A DNA stretch of 64,000 bases, from NCBI RefSeq assembly GCF_963506605.1, contig NC_083283.1, forward strand, positions 20,274,001-20,338,000, read 5' to 3'. This DNA is from Zootoca vivipara. Taxonomy: Eukaryota. The number at the start of each line of letters is the position of its first letter. Within the stretch, counting starts at the first letter, position 1. A program made the position numbers and the translations under genes. This document shows, piece by piece, positions 35,199 through 49,294 of the stretch. The notes below the pieces were generated by a model. It was not told where the DNA came from and did not search any database. It saw only the letters and a program-made list of their open reading frames with translations.

Positions 35199-38100
35199 AA
35201 CTACAGGTGAATCAGTGCCATAGGTGAGGTTAATCAGCAATACTGGAAGCTTCCTGATATTTTAGCCGTGACATTTGGGGTTAGAAATAGTGCAGTACTT
35301 ATAAAATTATGTTTCCGTTAAGACCATTAAATTACATTTCCATTAAGACCTGGCAGCTATGGTAAAATGGCTACAATCCTACACATTTTAGGCTGCTTAA
35401 TTCCTGTTGATTTCATTGAGATTAAAGCAGCCTAGGTGCAAGATAGTAGTGTGTTTTTATCTGATTCATATAATAAATCTTCTTATGGGTAGCGAACGTG
35501 AAATAAACCAGTCTATGGTCTCTTTAGCTCTCAGTCCCTGGCGCTCTTTTGATACCTTAAATTGTTTGCTATCTTGAAATCGAGCACTTTAATTTCCTTT
35601 TGCCGGCAAGTACATTTCCAATCAGAATAAACTAAGTGGCAGATGAGGTAGATCAGAGCACAGATACACCATTTATAAAAAGGCTTTGATAACGCGTGCA
35701 TTGCTTATGCCTCAAATAATAATGTAGCGCAACACTTGTGTGATGTTTATTATGCATCGCCCACTTTGAGATGTATGAAGGCTTCCTTTAACCCATCTGC
35801 AAAGAAATAATTGCTCCTTAAGTTAAAACAATACAGAGGTGAACAGTTAACAACATTCACAGAAGTGAGCTATCAGTGATAGCTGTCAATAACAGTGAGT
35901 CTTAGGGCTCAACTGGATGCAACATGAAAGATGTGGCATGTGGCATGTGGGAAATTCCAGTTAGGACCGTGGAGCAGGCATCCAAGTAATTCCGTTACAT
36001 TTTCTCCCATCAAAATCACCTTCCCAGTTCCTATTTGTCCCATTTGGTATCCCTATGCTTAGAACCGTAAGTAAAATCACAGTGTTGTTAGGATCTATTT
36101 TAATTGCTTCGTCAGTCCAGGGAGAGCACATTGCAGCCCACCCTGAATCCCAACCACCCCCAGTTCACATATGTGCAGGCACACAACCAGTATTAACTTT
36201 CAAAAAATCAACAACATGGGATCATGGATCTCCCACTTCATGTCTAGTTTGGCCCTAAGTGCTCATCTATGAATGTAATAATCAACAGTAGCACACAAAT
36301 ATGAATACTCCTGCCCGGTGTAGAAACAAAAGGAGGTGTTGTGAATGTTTAATTTTCATATGGGTTTTAACTTGCTGAAGGCACCAAGATCCTCCTTTCT
36401 CAACACCTGTGAAACTATTGCCTGAGAAAATGGCCTAATTGCTCTTTGACTGCAAAAAGTGTCAGTGTCTTTTCTCCAGTAAAAAGAAAGAAAGCATTGA
36501 ACTGCACAATAAAAGATTCTATCACGGCATTACATTTTCAGTCATAAATATAAATTTCATATGTTGGATTTTAATAGGCTGGAAGCTCTGCTTTATTGAC
36601 ATGATTGGAAGCAAGGTAAACCGGAGAAGCAGTTTTGAGCATTAGGGTATGATTTACTTTGAATGTATTAACATTAATTTTAATATCAGTTTTGCGTCTT
36701 CCAGTTCGGGGAATTCTGTGGAACCAGACTGGTGGTGGGGTGGGGGAGAACAACAACAACAACAAAAGATTGTAACTTTAAAACTAATGCTATGAACCCA
36801 AATTATCAACTAACCTGGTTCTAAGCACCAGCTGCACAATATACAAGAAGCTTCCAAGTTTATTAAATCCACATTTTAGGCAATAACATATAGAAGAAAT
36901 TTCAGTCTATTTTTGTCTGCTAATTTTAATTACTAAAACCACAAAGATGACAAATTCAAAAGTTCCATTAACACCAGACATTCAATACTTATCTGTGTGT
37001 CTCAAATAAGCCTCGATTTTGTATTCACATAAACAGAATGAAAATCTTTTCTCAGTTTCCATTTATGAGCCCATTACTCAATCAGAGAAGGCGATTAACT
37101 CATTTCAGATCTGAGGTGTTAATATCCTCTCACATAACTGGCCCCTACGTGGCACCGGCATTATTCTCTACTATTTCAGAAATGATGGGCATTGTAGAGG
37201 CAAACTAAAAGATGAGGTAAAACTAGAATCGCAACTGTTGCTCCTGCCCATAGCATTTAAAAGTTGCATCGTTAACTCAAATTACTTATACAATAAAATG
37301 TGCTGTATGTTGAAAAACTCTGTCACTTTCCATTAGTTGTAAATTATCGACTAGTATAAACCCTAATTTCATTTGTCACATTCTGTTGCATTGCTGCTCT
37401 TCCTTGTTCTCATTCTGTCATTCTGGCAGGCCGACTCTGCCCCAGGTATCACGGCATCGCCATCTGCACTCGACATCTGTCTCTCTATTGATCACATGAG
37501 TTTAGCACTTGATCAAACAGAGCACGGCAGAATACATCTCTTTTTGCAATACTGCCAGTTCCAACGGCTGCATAAAATCTATTACAAATGTGCATTGTTT
37601 TAAGTTGCAGTTGTACCCCCGTTTTTTGATCACACTGGGAGTTGTGCTTCAAATTGTGCCCATACCTTCAAGCTTCCACAGGCCAAATGGGCAGTCTTAG
37701 AAGAAAATAAATAACAATGCAATCCTATAAATATTTTAACTCAAATTCAATAGGGCTTTCTCCCAGGTAAGTGGGATCGGGATTACAGGATTAGGGGAAG
37801 GGAGGAGGGAAAGTTGGGCATGGACTTAATCAACTCTGTTTTCGCATATGTGCTGCCGGGGTGCAAAGATCCGCCCAGCACCCCCAATTTTGGTTTAGCC
37901 CCAAAATTAACTTTTATTATGCATATGCCAGAAACCACGCTTATGCCTTCTCTTGTTTACGAACGGAGGGAGGAAAAAGAAACAAACTTTTTTATTTGCT
38001 CATTTATTTACAATACACTTATACTTAAGTATACAACACCAGCACACTTAAACTTATAAGTATTGTTTAGGCACCTACTTGGGAGGAAAAAAATATATTA

Positions 38101-38453
38101 GGGACACAGGTGGTGCTGTGAACTAAACCACAGAGCCCTGGGCTTGCCGATCAGGTTGGCGGTGGTTCAAATCCCCGCGACCGGGTGAACTCCTGTTGCT
38201 TGGTCCCAGCTCCTCCCAACCTAGCAGTTCAAAAGCACATCAAAGTGCAAGTAGATAAATAGGTACCGCTCCGGCGGGAAGGTAAACGGCATTTCCGTGT
38301 GCTGCTCTGGTTCACCAGAAGCTGCTTAGTCATGCTGGCCACATGACCAGGAAGCTGTACGGCAGCTCCCTCGGCCTTTAAAGCGAGATGAGCGCCACAA
38401 CCCCGGAGTCGTCTGCGACTGGATCTAATGGTCAGGGGTCCCTTTACCTTTAC
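38101..38453 (+). mobile_element. Sauria SINE (full length)
   Basis: gggacacaggtggtgctgtg...ggttcaaatcccc...agataaataggtacc...ggtcaggggtccctttaccttt has the characteristic head and ACCTTT tail. Confidence 0.9.
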
Positions 38454-38507
38454 ATTTATGTATACATAAACTACTTATACCCCATCTTTCCAAAAGTTAT
38501 GCACATG

Positions 38508-38513
38508 TACACA

Positions 38514-38590
<77 letters not shown>
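38508..38590. repeat. Compound (CA)n(GA)n microsatellite
   Basis: Direct inspection. Confidence 0.95.
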
Positions 38591-38594
<4 letters not shown>

Positions 38595-38639
38595 CACTGA
38601 ATGACTTGAAATATGCACAGGGGTAAAAATCAGAAAAAT

Positions 38640-40050
38640 AAATCAGTAAGAACAGCAGAGGAAAACCATCAGCCAAAGGTCTTCTTTAAAACGACTGTTT
38701 TCACCCTGAGGTGGAAGACCATCAACAAAGCAGTTAGGCACGTCTCCCCAGGCAGGAAATTCCAAAGTCCTGGGGCCACCACCACCAAGATCAATTCTCT
38801 GATCCTGGTCTGCTGTGATTTTGGAACACACAATCCTGCTCAAGTGAGGTCATATCATATTAGAGAAGGCATTCTTTCAAGTATTCTGGTCCCAAACTGT
38901 ACAGGGCTTTAAAGATCACAACCAGCACTTTGAATTGAAAGCAAATGGGAGCCAAAATAGCTGTTTCTTTGATGCTTCTTGCATCCAGCTTGGTAACTAC
39001 GTGCAGACCACATCGCAGTAGTCTAGTTGTTATGTAACTAAGGCATGATTCTTTATACAGTGGAACCTCAGTTTATGAACACTTCGGTTTATGAATTTTC
39101 GGTTTATGAACAGACTTCCGGAACCGATTACACCCATGCTTCAGTTTATGAATGCTTCAGTTTAAGTACTCCGCGGACCCGTCTGGAACGGATTAATCCA
39201 CTTTCCATTACTTTCAATGGGAAAGTTCGCTTCAGTTTATGAACGCTTCAGTTTATGAACAGACTTCCGGAACCAATTGTGTTCATAAACCGAGGTACCA
39301 CTGTAGTCAGATCTGCATTCTGCAGCAATGGATGTAGTTCACGTACCAGCCACAGCTGGGCAAAACCAGCTCTGGCCATGGCTGCCACCTGAGCATCCAA
39401 GGTCAAGGCCAGGTCCCACAGCACTCACAAACTGATTTCAAATATAGCATAGGTTGAATCCTTACTCCAAGACTAATTGTCCCACTGGCCAGGAACACCT
39501 CTGTATTGTCAAAAATATTTTTGAACTTGTTGTCCACCATCCTATCCATTACTGAAACAAGGCATTGGTTCAGAACTTCAGTAGCCTCTCTGGAATCTGA
39601 CAAAAATGAGAGCTATACCACATATAACTAGAAAAAAATTTATCAGTGGTTTCATGAGGATATGATAAAGCATAGAGGACAGAATAGAATCCTGTGGAAC
39701 CCCACAGCTAGGGCTCAAATAGTCAAAACTAACAGCCCCTGGCATTACTTTATAAAATAATTCCTTTAAGAAAGGACCAAAACTATTGTGAAAAAGTGCC
39801 TCTAAGCCCCATTCTGGCAAGATACTCCAGAACGATACCATGGAATATGGTATTGAAAGCCATTGCAAGCTCCAGCTGAACCAATAGGGACACACTCTTT
39901 CATCAAGTTCTCAACAAATACCATTCACTGGCGTGATCAAGTCCATTTCCATCTCATAGCTGAGTGTAAACTCTAAATGAAATGGATCCAGATAATCAAC
40001 ATCACCCAGAAGACCAAAATAGCCAGTTATGCCTCCCCTAGCCTTCTCAA
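38640..40050 (-). mobile_element. Degraded L2 LINE fragment (RT region), interrupted by a MITE
   Basis: Minus-strand peptides CGVPQDSILSSMLYHILMKPL (GVPQGSVLSPxLFNIYM motif) and VLNQCLVSVMDRM; L2-like 3' sequence near 38640-38950. Confidence 0.7.
39058..39303. mobile_element. Tigger/pogo-like (Tc1/mariner) MITE
   Basis: TA TSD (39056-39057, 39304-39305). TIRs CAGTGGAACCTCAGTTTATGAAC / CAGTGGTACCTCGGTTTATGAAC. Confidence 0.9.
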
Positions 40051-43000
40051 AATATTCAAAAGTCAGCCAGCACAAAATGTAAGGGAACCAATCCCCCTAC
40101 CCACCCACCCACCAGTTTTTATACCACTGGTATAATTAACTTCTCTTACAGAAGAGATTTATCTCATATACAAAAGAAATACAAAAAGTATTCAAAAAGT
40201 ATCACATTTCTTGTGATATAATCTCAACAAAATGATCATTTTTAGTGCTCTTGCATCTGAAAGTGAACATGGGAGGTGTGGAAAGACTGGAGAATGGCAT
40301 CAACAACATCTTTCCTCTCTCAGTGTCCTAGTTTATACCAACAGTGTATGAGATGGCACAGTTCCTAAACACAAGGCTGCTGCTGGGGATGACACAATTT
40401 AATGTTCTCCCGTTTCAAAAATAAAAACCAGCATATATATAGCAATGTGGAGATAGAAAACTAAATGTCAGGAGGAGGAGTTCTAGGTTAGCTTCTCCCT
40501 GATATGCTATTTTTAAAAAAAATGTGCAGGGAAATGTCCATGAGAAAACATTCCCCATATAACTCATCACCAGCAGATTCACAGATTTTTCTTTTAACTA
40601 GGGATAGATTTGAGCCAGGAAAATCTGAGACTAAGCTATGAAACAGGTAGTGAGCTAAGTCCTGGACAGAATAATGAGCACCTTTATAAGCACGGGTATA
40701 ACAACTTTCCCAGAACGTAGTATATTGTTGTCATTATCGATACATTAATCACCTTCTAAACAATCACCTTTTTGAGATCATTTACTCAAAAGGCTTTTGA
40801 AAATCATTGAAAACATAAAAACAGCAAAAAATATTAAAAACATGATCAGCTTCTTCACAAGATGAGGTAATCGACTGCTAGATCACAACCCCTGAGTTCA
40901 GAGGTCACGAGCAAAAGGCAGAGTTCACTGCACCGGAGTAATAGCAACCAATTTATTAATTTGAAATCAAGAGACTTCTCTGTAAATAAAGGTATATTTC
41001 ACTGAATGCTGTACCTGCTGCTTTTGTACCTATTTTCACCCTACACAAGAAAATGGACATCAGAAAAAACAGGAACTTCATTGGAAGGCATCAGTCTGCA
41101 TATTTGCCCTTTAAGCTATGGAACCCAGGGCACTTAATGCTGAAGCAGCAATTTCTAATCTTGGTGCAATTGGAATGAAGAATTAAAACACCACTTTCAT
41201 AGAAATGGTGTATGCCTTGCCATAACAGTATATTCAACTCCAAATAAATTATAAACAGTTGTGTCATAATATGTTGGTCTAAACAGTTATCAGCATTGTC
41301 AGATTATTGATTTATTTTAGGGGCTGAACTTTGAAGGAAGCTTAAAGCATAAATTATTGGGACAAAATTAAGATCAGGTTATGAAAGAAATGTTCAAGAG
41401 TTAGGCAAGGTCCTTGATAATTGAAGTATTCTTTGCCATCTATTTAAGCCATTATTCCCCCAAAATATCCTTATACAAATAGAATAAAGCTCACTGCAGG
41501 CTTTTCAGAAATGCCATTTCCAGACTCTACCTTCTGATGATTACTGGTTTCTTTTTTCTGTAAAGTTCTATAGAGAATATATTTTAATTAGCTCCCACTT
41601 GATGCCACTTCATACACACTGCCCAGCTTTGACCCAATGTCTGATCGTATAGAATGCATTACAAAAGAACTGGTCATTTGAGTGCTTTAATATAGCTTTG
41701 CATTAATATGAGACATCATTTAGACAAGGCATTAAAAGTGTTATTTTAATGACTGAAGTGTGTAGGGGGAGGGAAGAAGCCTAATCTTTACAGGAAGAAC
41801 AATTTCAATTAGCTCTAAAATATTAATTTGTTGGTATAACTATATACTCTAATGTATTTGGCTACAGAAAAAGTCTTATGAATAATACATTACTGGATCC
41901 CACTCTAATTCTGTGTTGTAACTAATAGCGTCTATCAAAAAGAAAGAGAGAAAAATCTTTTAACATTCCAATTCTGTATACATTTTTGTTGTTTAGAAAA
42001 ACAGATCACTCACCAACGGTGGGTTTGCCTTTTTCCAGAACATTATACAAACATTATACAAAAGTATATCTGAAGTGAAACATCCAGCATCTAAGTACAG
42101 TTCTTAAACTGAGAAGCTGTTTGTAGTAACTCTGAACCACAGTTTTTGAAGAAAAACTGCAGTCTACTCCTCCAGGACCATCTCCTGGGCAAGTATTGTT
42201 GAAATTATTGGCAGCCGTAGAAGACCATGGTAGATCATGAAAATGACATGCTTACCATGAAAACCTGTATATTCCTTACAATGATAATGACAATTATAAT
42301 TACGTAGTAAGATACTGTGAAACAAATATAATTCTAAAATGATCAAAAACAGCCACAAGAGAAAACACTTAAATATTTCCACAATTTGAGCATCACAATC
42401 ATGAAGCTTGTGAACCATTTGAATTCTGTTAATACTGAGCCTTAGGACTGAATTTAAAACGTCTTTTTTTTGCATTTTATCTGAAATGGTTTGAGGGAAA
42501 TGGACTTGTACAGCATTGCCCTCAGATATATCTGAAACAGATCAATGATCTACAGTGTAACACAGTCAAGCAAAACTTTAAGACTAACCAAAATTTAACA
42601 AAATACTGTCAAGCTTCTGAGTACACTTCAGAGCTCTTCATTAGGGAAGATGTTTCACAAAGCGGGTGGGCTTGTTTGTTTGTTTAATGTAAAAAAAAAT
42701 GGTGGGATGTTGTCCTTACAAGGTCAACTTCTTGACTCCATTCCAAGGCTGGATCCAGACACATCAAAGAAGCGATTTTGTTAAACGCGTTACAAACTCA
42801 TACAGGGAAATCAGGTAGGGAAAGACAGGTTTCCACAGCGCCATCTGGTGCCACAATGTTATATCGCATATACAACGCATATAATTACCAGTCTAGCCGA
42901 GTCCGAAGTTGTTGATTGCTGTCTGAATAAGTCTCTCCTAGGTGCTACAAACCAAGTTTTCAGGGTGAGGGGGGATGCAGTGGCTGCTCTCCATTTTTGA

Positions 43001-45870
43001 AAATATAAATTATGTCTGTTAACTGGATCTACCCCATGCCTTAAAAGAAATTATGTCGTTAGTTGTGCTGTTAAGGACCTTTCTACTAAGATCCAAGTTT
43101 TATACAGCATCTCAGATAGTTCTGGGAGAGTAAAATGCAGCTCTGATTACTATTCCTAACAAAACGGATGCCTTTGCCATTACAGATCTCACATACAGTT
43201 AATGTAATGGGAAGTACGGTATACCAGGGTCAGCTAATATCCAGGCCTGATCTAGCTTGCTGTGTGAGCCCTTCAGCTTTGGGATCAGTGGGAGTACTGG
43301 TGGTTCCAGAGATCAAAAAGCTAGTTTTCATCTACATTTGGATACAGCTGGATGCCATTTTAAATCAAGATGGCAGACCTAATCTTTAAACACTGCATTG
43401 ATTCTAATCTCTGATTTTAAACTTGCACTGATTTTTTGGGTTTCTTGGAATTTCCAATTGATGCTGGGTATGAGGCTGCCAGTATTATGTAAGGGGTAGA
43501 CTGCGGCCTTTGTTGTTCTTTTGAGGACAATCTCATTAGTAAGTTTTCAGAGGTAAGAAGACTGGCCACAATCCAAATTCCAATAGGAAAGGGTTCACAA
43601 TGTGCTATATGGCCACAACGAAATCAATGGTTCAATTCTGCCCATTCTCCTTACTGTAAAAGAGCATCAAAAGAAAAAGGACATGTTCATACTTCCACTC
43701 TGTTCATGACCAACCAAATTTTGGTCATGAATTTATTCATTACAAGAAAAAAAATCACTTGCTGCTGGGTAAGTGTGAAGTTGTTTCTGGGAGAAACAGT
43801 CCACCGTGGTGGCTGGGAAGGCTGGTTCCTACATCTCTGATGCCACTTGTTTTAGAGTGGGAAGCTTCCGCTGCATCACAGTATTTTTTTATTTTTTTAA
43901 AAAGTTGTTTCTCCCAACCAAGCCAGAGTTAAATGAATCTTTAGACTGTAATTATAAGCAGTCAGTTTAAAAACAGGAGAGAAAATATCTGACTACATAA
44001 TACCCAGCAGGAACTCACTTTATCATATTTATAGCTTCAGGTGCTTTTATTAGATAATCACAAGGAAAGTATAAACATCAGTTCCCAAGGCATAGGGAGA
44101 ACATATTTCAACTGAGTTCTAAAGTCTACAAATTGTAAGAGTACTGTTTAGGTGAACCACATCAACTCTGAGCTAATTTCCATGCACACGTCACTGGAGG
44201 ACACAGGAACACTCTGGGTATATTTCAGAGCAGAGTCTTCAAGTTGGTTCAGATGTTAAGCACATCAACATACTCAACAATGGCTGCTCATTCAAGCAGT
44301 CTGCCTTAGGATAAGAAAAATGACAGGATTGCAACAGCAACTTCCATGGGCAAAAGTTCCTCTGCCCAGGTCATCCTACTAAGAAAAACATGGAGAGGAG
44401 AATTGAAGAATAAATCCAAAATTCAGCACTTGGCACCTCTAGTTAAAATTGATCTGATATCAGAGAATTAGGAAGTCCACTGATGAGCCACTGATATTCA
44501 TAGACTGCACTGAGTTAGATGGATCTATGCTCCGACAATATAAATACTCTTAACAGCACAATCCTATACACAATCTACCCACTGACTTCAAGCTGGACTT
44601 ACTCTCATGGAATAAATTTTATAGTCACCCCACTTAAGTCAAGACTATGGAAACTCTTTTAAATTTCTGACTATCCTTTCAGTGACTTTTTATCAGCATG
44701 ACAATCATAGGTATTAGTTTTCTTGTTCATGATCTGTTTCTGATGGTTTCTACCACACAATAGTTCTCCTGTGCACAACTGAACTAGCAGCTGAAAAAAG
44801 GCACCCACCATATTCTAGCTGAAGCTGGGAATCAATGGGAATTTCCATACAGAAGCTGAGGAATTGGTGATGCTGAAGTACAATAGTAAGGCAGAATCAA
44901 TGAACACAGTCATTAGCCTTCATTTCCACAGCCACCCTGTATTTACGATCAGTAACTGGAGTCCTAAGCATGTAAGTTCCTCTAAATTGAATGGGATTTC
45001 CTGTCTAAGAAGTTTGCTTTTGATTTTACCCAAAGACTGCATTCTTAAAAATAATGTGGAACTGTAGAACACTTTTTCACTTGAGGAAAATGAATTTGTC
45101 TTTTGCCTTTTGTGAAAAAAGTAGAAGCAAGTTTCAACTAAATGGTAGTACAGCACAAATTAATGTCTTTACACTTGAAATTTTTATATGTGTAATGAAA
45201 CAGATTAAAAATATTCTTAAAGATGTAGTGGAATGAAATATGCACTACTATGCATGAGAAATGGTCATATATTGCAAAGTGCTTGATCTGATTAAACAAT
45301 ACTCAGCTGATTTGTATTAGCTTTGCACCTATTTTTCCTCAAAGATAAATGTAAACAAATTACAGTAAATTATGAGTTAAGTGACTTGCATGTCTTCAAG
45401 CAAATTGTACAAGTTAACGTGTGTTGGTTAATTGCATGTATTACAACCAATTACATGATTTTGAACTAAATAAAGGTGACTTGAATTAACATGAATTAAA
45501 CTATTACAAATTCTCTCTGATGAAAGAAAATTTGAACAGTCAGACTCAAAGGATTACACAAATTCTTGAATTTAATAAAGGAATATTGTCAGTCAAATAT
45601 GAGTTAATTCAGAGTTAATCGCGCACAAACCCACTGATTTCAATGGGCTGAAGCATGCATAACTCTGCTTTGGATGGTGGCCAATTAATTTATTTCAGCC
45701 TATGGTATTTTTTAAAAAGTTACTATTCACAATTGATGCCGTGTTTTCCATAAAAGAAAAAGTGCATCTTGTGCTATCTAATTAGTATTAGCTTCAGTTT
45801 TAAGCAACTGGATTTAGTAAGTAAGGATTGCATTCCTGGGGTTGGTGGGTGATGGAACCCATTTCTCATA

Positions 45871-46281
45871 CAGTCCAACCTCGGTTTAAGTACGCTTCGG
45901 TTTGAGTACTTTCAGTTTAAGTACTCCACGGACCCGTCTGGAATGGATTAATCCCCTTTCCATTACTTTCAATGGGAAAGTTTGCTTCAGGTTAAGTTTG
46001 CTTCAGGTTAAGTACGGACTTCCAGAACCAATAACACTTATACTTCGCGTTAAGTACTCTGCGGACCCGTCTGGAATGGATTAATCCACTTTCCATTACT
46101 TTCAATGGGAAAGTTCACTTCAGGTTAAGTACGCTTCAGGTTAAGTACTCCGCAGACTGCCTGGAACAGATTAATCCATTTTCCATTACTTTCAATGGGA
46201 AAGTTCACTTCAGGTTAAGTACGCTTCAGGTTAAGTACAGACTTCTGGAACCAATTGTGTACTTAAACCGAGGTACCACTG
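45871..46281. mobile_element. Tigger/pogo-like MITE, same family as 39058, with an internal triplication
   Basis: TA TSD; TIRs CAGTCCAACCTCGGTTTAAGTAC / CAGTGGTACCTCGGTTTAAGTAC. Three copies of taagtactccgcggacccgtctggaa..gattaatccactttccattactttcaatgggaaagtt. Confidence 0.9.
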
Positions 46282-46473
46282 TATAGAACAACTTTTTGTA
46301 ATGGCTTCCATGTTCATAATTTGAGGCTGACCCTGTAATTTATTTAGCATTAAGGATTCGAAATATCAAAGGAAATAATTTACATACATGATTATTAGAA
46401 TAAAACATCCTGTTCGGGTGTTCAAAGTATTTCACATTATGTAAGTGATCCTTACTACAAGTTAGGCTATCTA

Positions 46474-46660
46474 GGGAAGGTAAACAGCATTTCCGTGCGC
46501 TGCTCTGGTTCACCAGAAGCGGCTTAGTCAAGCTGGCCACATGACTTGGAAGCTGTTTGCGGACAAACACCAGCTCCCTTGGCTTATAGAACGAGATGAG
46601 CGTGCAACCCCAGAGTCGTCCGCAACTGGACCTAATGGTCAGGGGTACCTTGACCTTTAC
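46474..46660 (+). mobile_element. 5'-truncated Sauria SINE
   Basis: Aligns by eye to the 3' half of the 38101 copy (gggaaggtaaac...ggtcaggggt...accttt). Confidence 0.85.
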
Positions 46661-49294
46661 TTGCTAAGGGGAAACTAGTGGAGAACATAGTCAATACAAG
46701 ATTTGGAAAAGGTCTGTTTGGCATACAGTTGTCAAAATAGCACGGGTACAAAATATATTTATTTTAAAATGTAATAGGCAGAAGTGTAAAAGCGAAGAAA
46801 ATAAATGTATTGTTTATTTATTTGGCTACATAAAGAGGCAAAATGTGGAATATGTGAGCGGACTTTTCCAGAGCATATCAACTTCCCTCAAAAGAAAAGG
46901 CAGATTTTTTCTTAGTGTACATCCCATTACCAGTAATTTAATACCGTGACATCTGACCTACATGGATTTAGGCATCCACATATTCCTGAACGAAATATAT
47001 TTCATAGAAGACTAATGTGACTTGTTAGCAGGGATTTCAAAGCTTATTCCGGATTGCTTTGCACCACTGCTATTTGTTTGCTTTGCTAATGAATACATAT
47101 TAAGAGGAAAATATGTCTCTGGTAGCTGACCTTGACCTTTTAAGGCTCCGGCCAGGTATGCAAAGATAGCCCCCCCCCAGCCCCCGTCACCCATTCCCAC
47201 TCCTCCCCCCCACCCACCCACAGCTCACAGGATTAAGAATGCTTATTGAAACCTCAAATTGCTTGTTTAACTCACATGGAAGTGCATATCTGCATCTTCT
47301 TTCTGATTAAAGTGTCAGAAAAATTCCACTTCAGTGGTGTGTAAAATTTGTATAAACTCCATCCCCAAAACAACATTATCATTATAGTGCTCAGACTGCA
47401 AAAAGATTGGCACCCGCTCTCTCCCTCTCCCTCTCTCAATCACCACACTTTCTTTTCCCCCCTCCTACATCTAATTTTCCCTTACGGGGGAAAAATAATT
47501 TGAGAAATGGAGGTTGGGTGTTGACTGTGTTTTGCCTTATTCTGTGAGCACCCTGCATTTAAAAACATATAGCTAATTTCTATGTGGAACAACATGAANN
47601 NNNNNNNNNNNNNNNNNNNNNNNNNNNNNNNNNNNNNNNNNNNNNNNNNNNNNNNNNNNNNNNNNNNNNNNNNNNNNNNNNNNNNNNNNNNNNNNNNNNN
47701 NNNNNNNNNNNNNNNNNNNNNNNNNNNNNNNNNNNNATTCATACGAATTCATCAAGAGTAATTATGAGTGAGCTCCAGGAGAAAATGCAAAGGATAAGTT
47801 TGAAAAACACATTGTAAGAAGCACTTAAAGTTCTGCCTATTTACATGGCTAAAAAAAGCAGACTGTCTTTGGAATATAAATGTAGCCTCTCTGCTCAACC
47901 AACTGTTTCTTGTTTATGACAAAGAAGTAAATAATCCATTGATCTGACAGCAGGGCACCTGCCTTAGCAACCGANNNNNNNNNNNNNNNNNNNNNNNNNN
48001 NNNNNNNNNNNNNNNNNNNNNNNNNNNNNNNNNNNNNNNNNNNNNNNNNNNNNNNNNNNNNNNNNNNNNNNNNNNNNNNNNNNNNNNNNNNNNNNNNNNN
48101 NNNNNNNNNNNNNNNNNNNNNNNNNNNNNNNNNNNNNNAGTAGGTTTTTTTTAAGGGGGGGGGTATTACAAAAGCAGTAAACAGCATTTCTCTTTTATAG
48201 GATACTTCAGCAGCACAGCGCTGAAAATAATATCTAAGTTCTGGAAAATGTCAAATAAGCAGTGTTTTATATGTATGGTAATGCAGGTTTTAAATATCTA
48301 TATATAATATTCAAATAATTGTTGCAGAAATTTGAACATTATTCAATTGACCTAGAATAACATTTGAGGTATGAGGAAAACCAAACAGGAATCAATAACC
48401 TAAATGGGAAGCTCTTTTTTAAAAAAAGTATGTATATAATGATTGATATATCAAGGGACTTGGAATTAATCCAGTGTGTGCAGCATTATTGTTCTGTTGA
48501 TTTTTGATTTTTAAATTTAAATCTTGTAATATAATTATAAGAATACAATCCAGTAATTGCACACAATCTTTCTGCTTATTCCTGATGCCCTTAAGAAACA
48601 GGGAAGCCAGAATGTTGCTGCAATATTCAAAGGGGTGAAAATGGGTGTTATAATAATTCCAAATGCTGTAAGTGATGAAAATGGATGGCATTGTTTAGAA
48701 ACTGACTCAGAGTTTAATTGTAATGAACTGGGCAGAGAGACTCCACACTAGCTACTAAGAAATGCCCATTTTGCGTTAAAAGAATTCATGTTAGTCCAAG
48801 AGAAGGACTGAATAAAAACATGGGAGGAAGGGAAAGTGTTAAAGTTCACATTCAACACATTGGTCTGCCTTTCTCTCTACCCCAATTTTGCACCTGCAGC
48901 ATGTGGACTATGAACTGCAGCAGACTGCAAGTCTTTAGGTCAGAATCGGTGCTTAAAGCATCAGTGGCTACACTTGCCATTTTAGTAGGTGAGTCCCCCG
49001 TCCCCCCCCCCCCCGCCTTGGGAAGAATGCATTATTGTTTAATGCTTCTTCAATATGTGCAAGCCACTGAATTCAGGTTTCAGGCAGTGTGGTAGAAAGA
49101 GAGTAATTTAAAATATTACTCTTTATTAAAATATTATTATTTAATGACTGGCCAATGCTATTTCCTCTCAGTGCTGTGAAGCAGATACTGCCGGTGAGGT
49201 ATCTGTCAGGCATGTAAGTATATTTTGCATTGGCACTGAAGCTTCATGCATTAATTTAAAAAAATTAAAATCATTTCAGTATCGTAAGCTGGTA

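Noticed and set aside
45871-46281. Regularly repeated units resembling a CRISPR array
   Set aside because: They are tandem internal units of a TA-flanked MITE, with no unique spacers, in a vertebrate genome.
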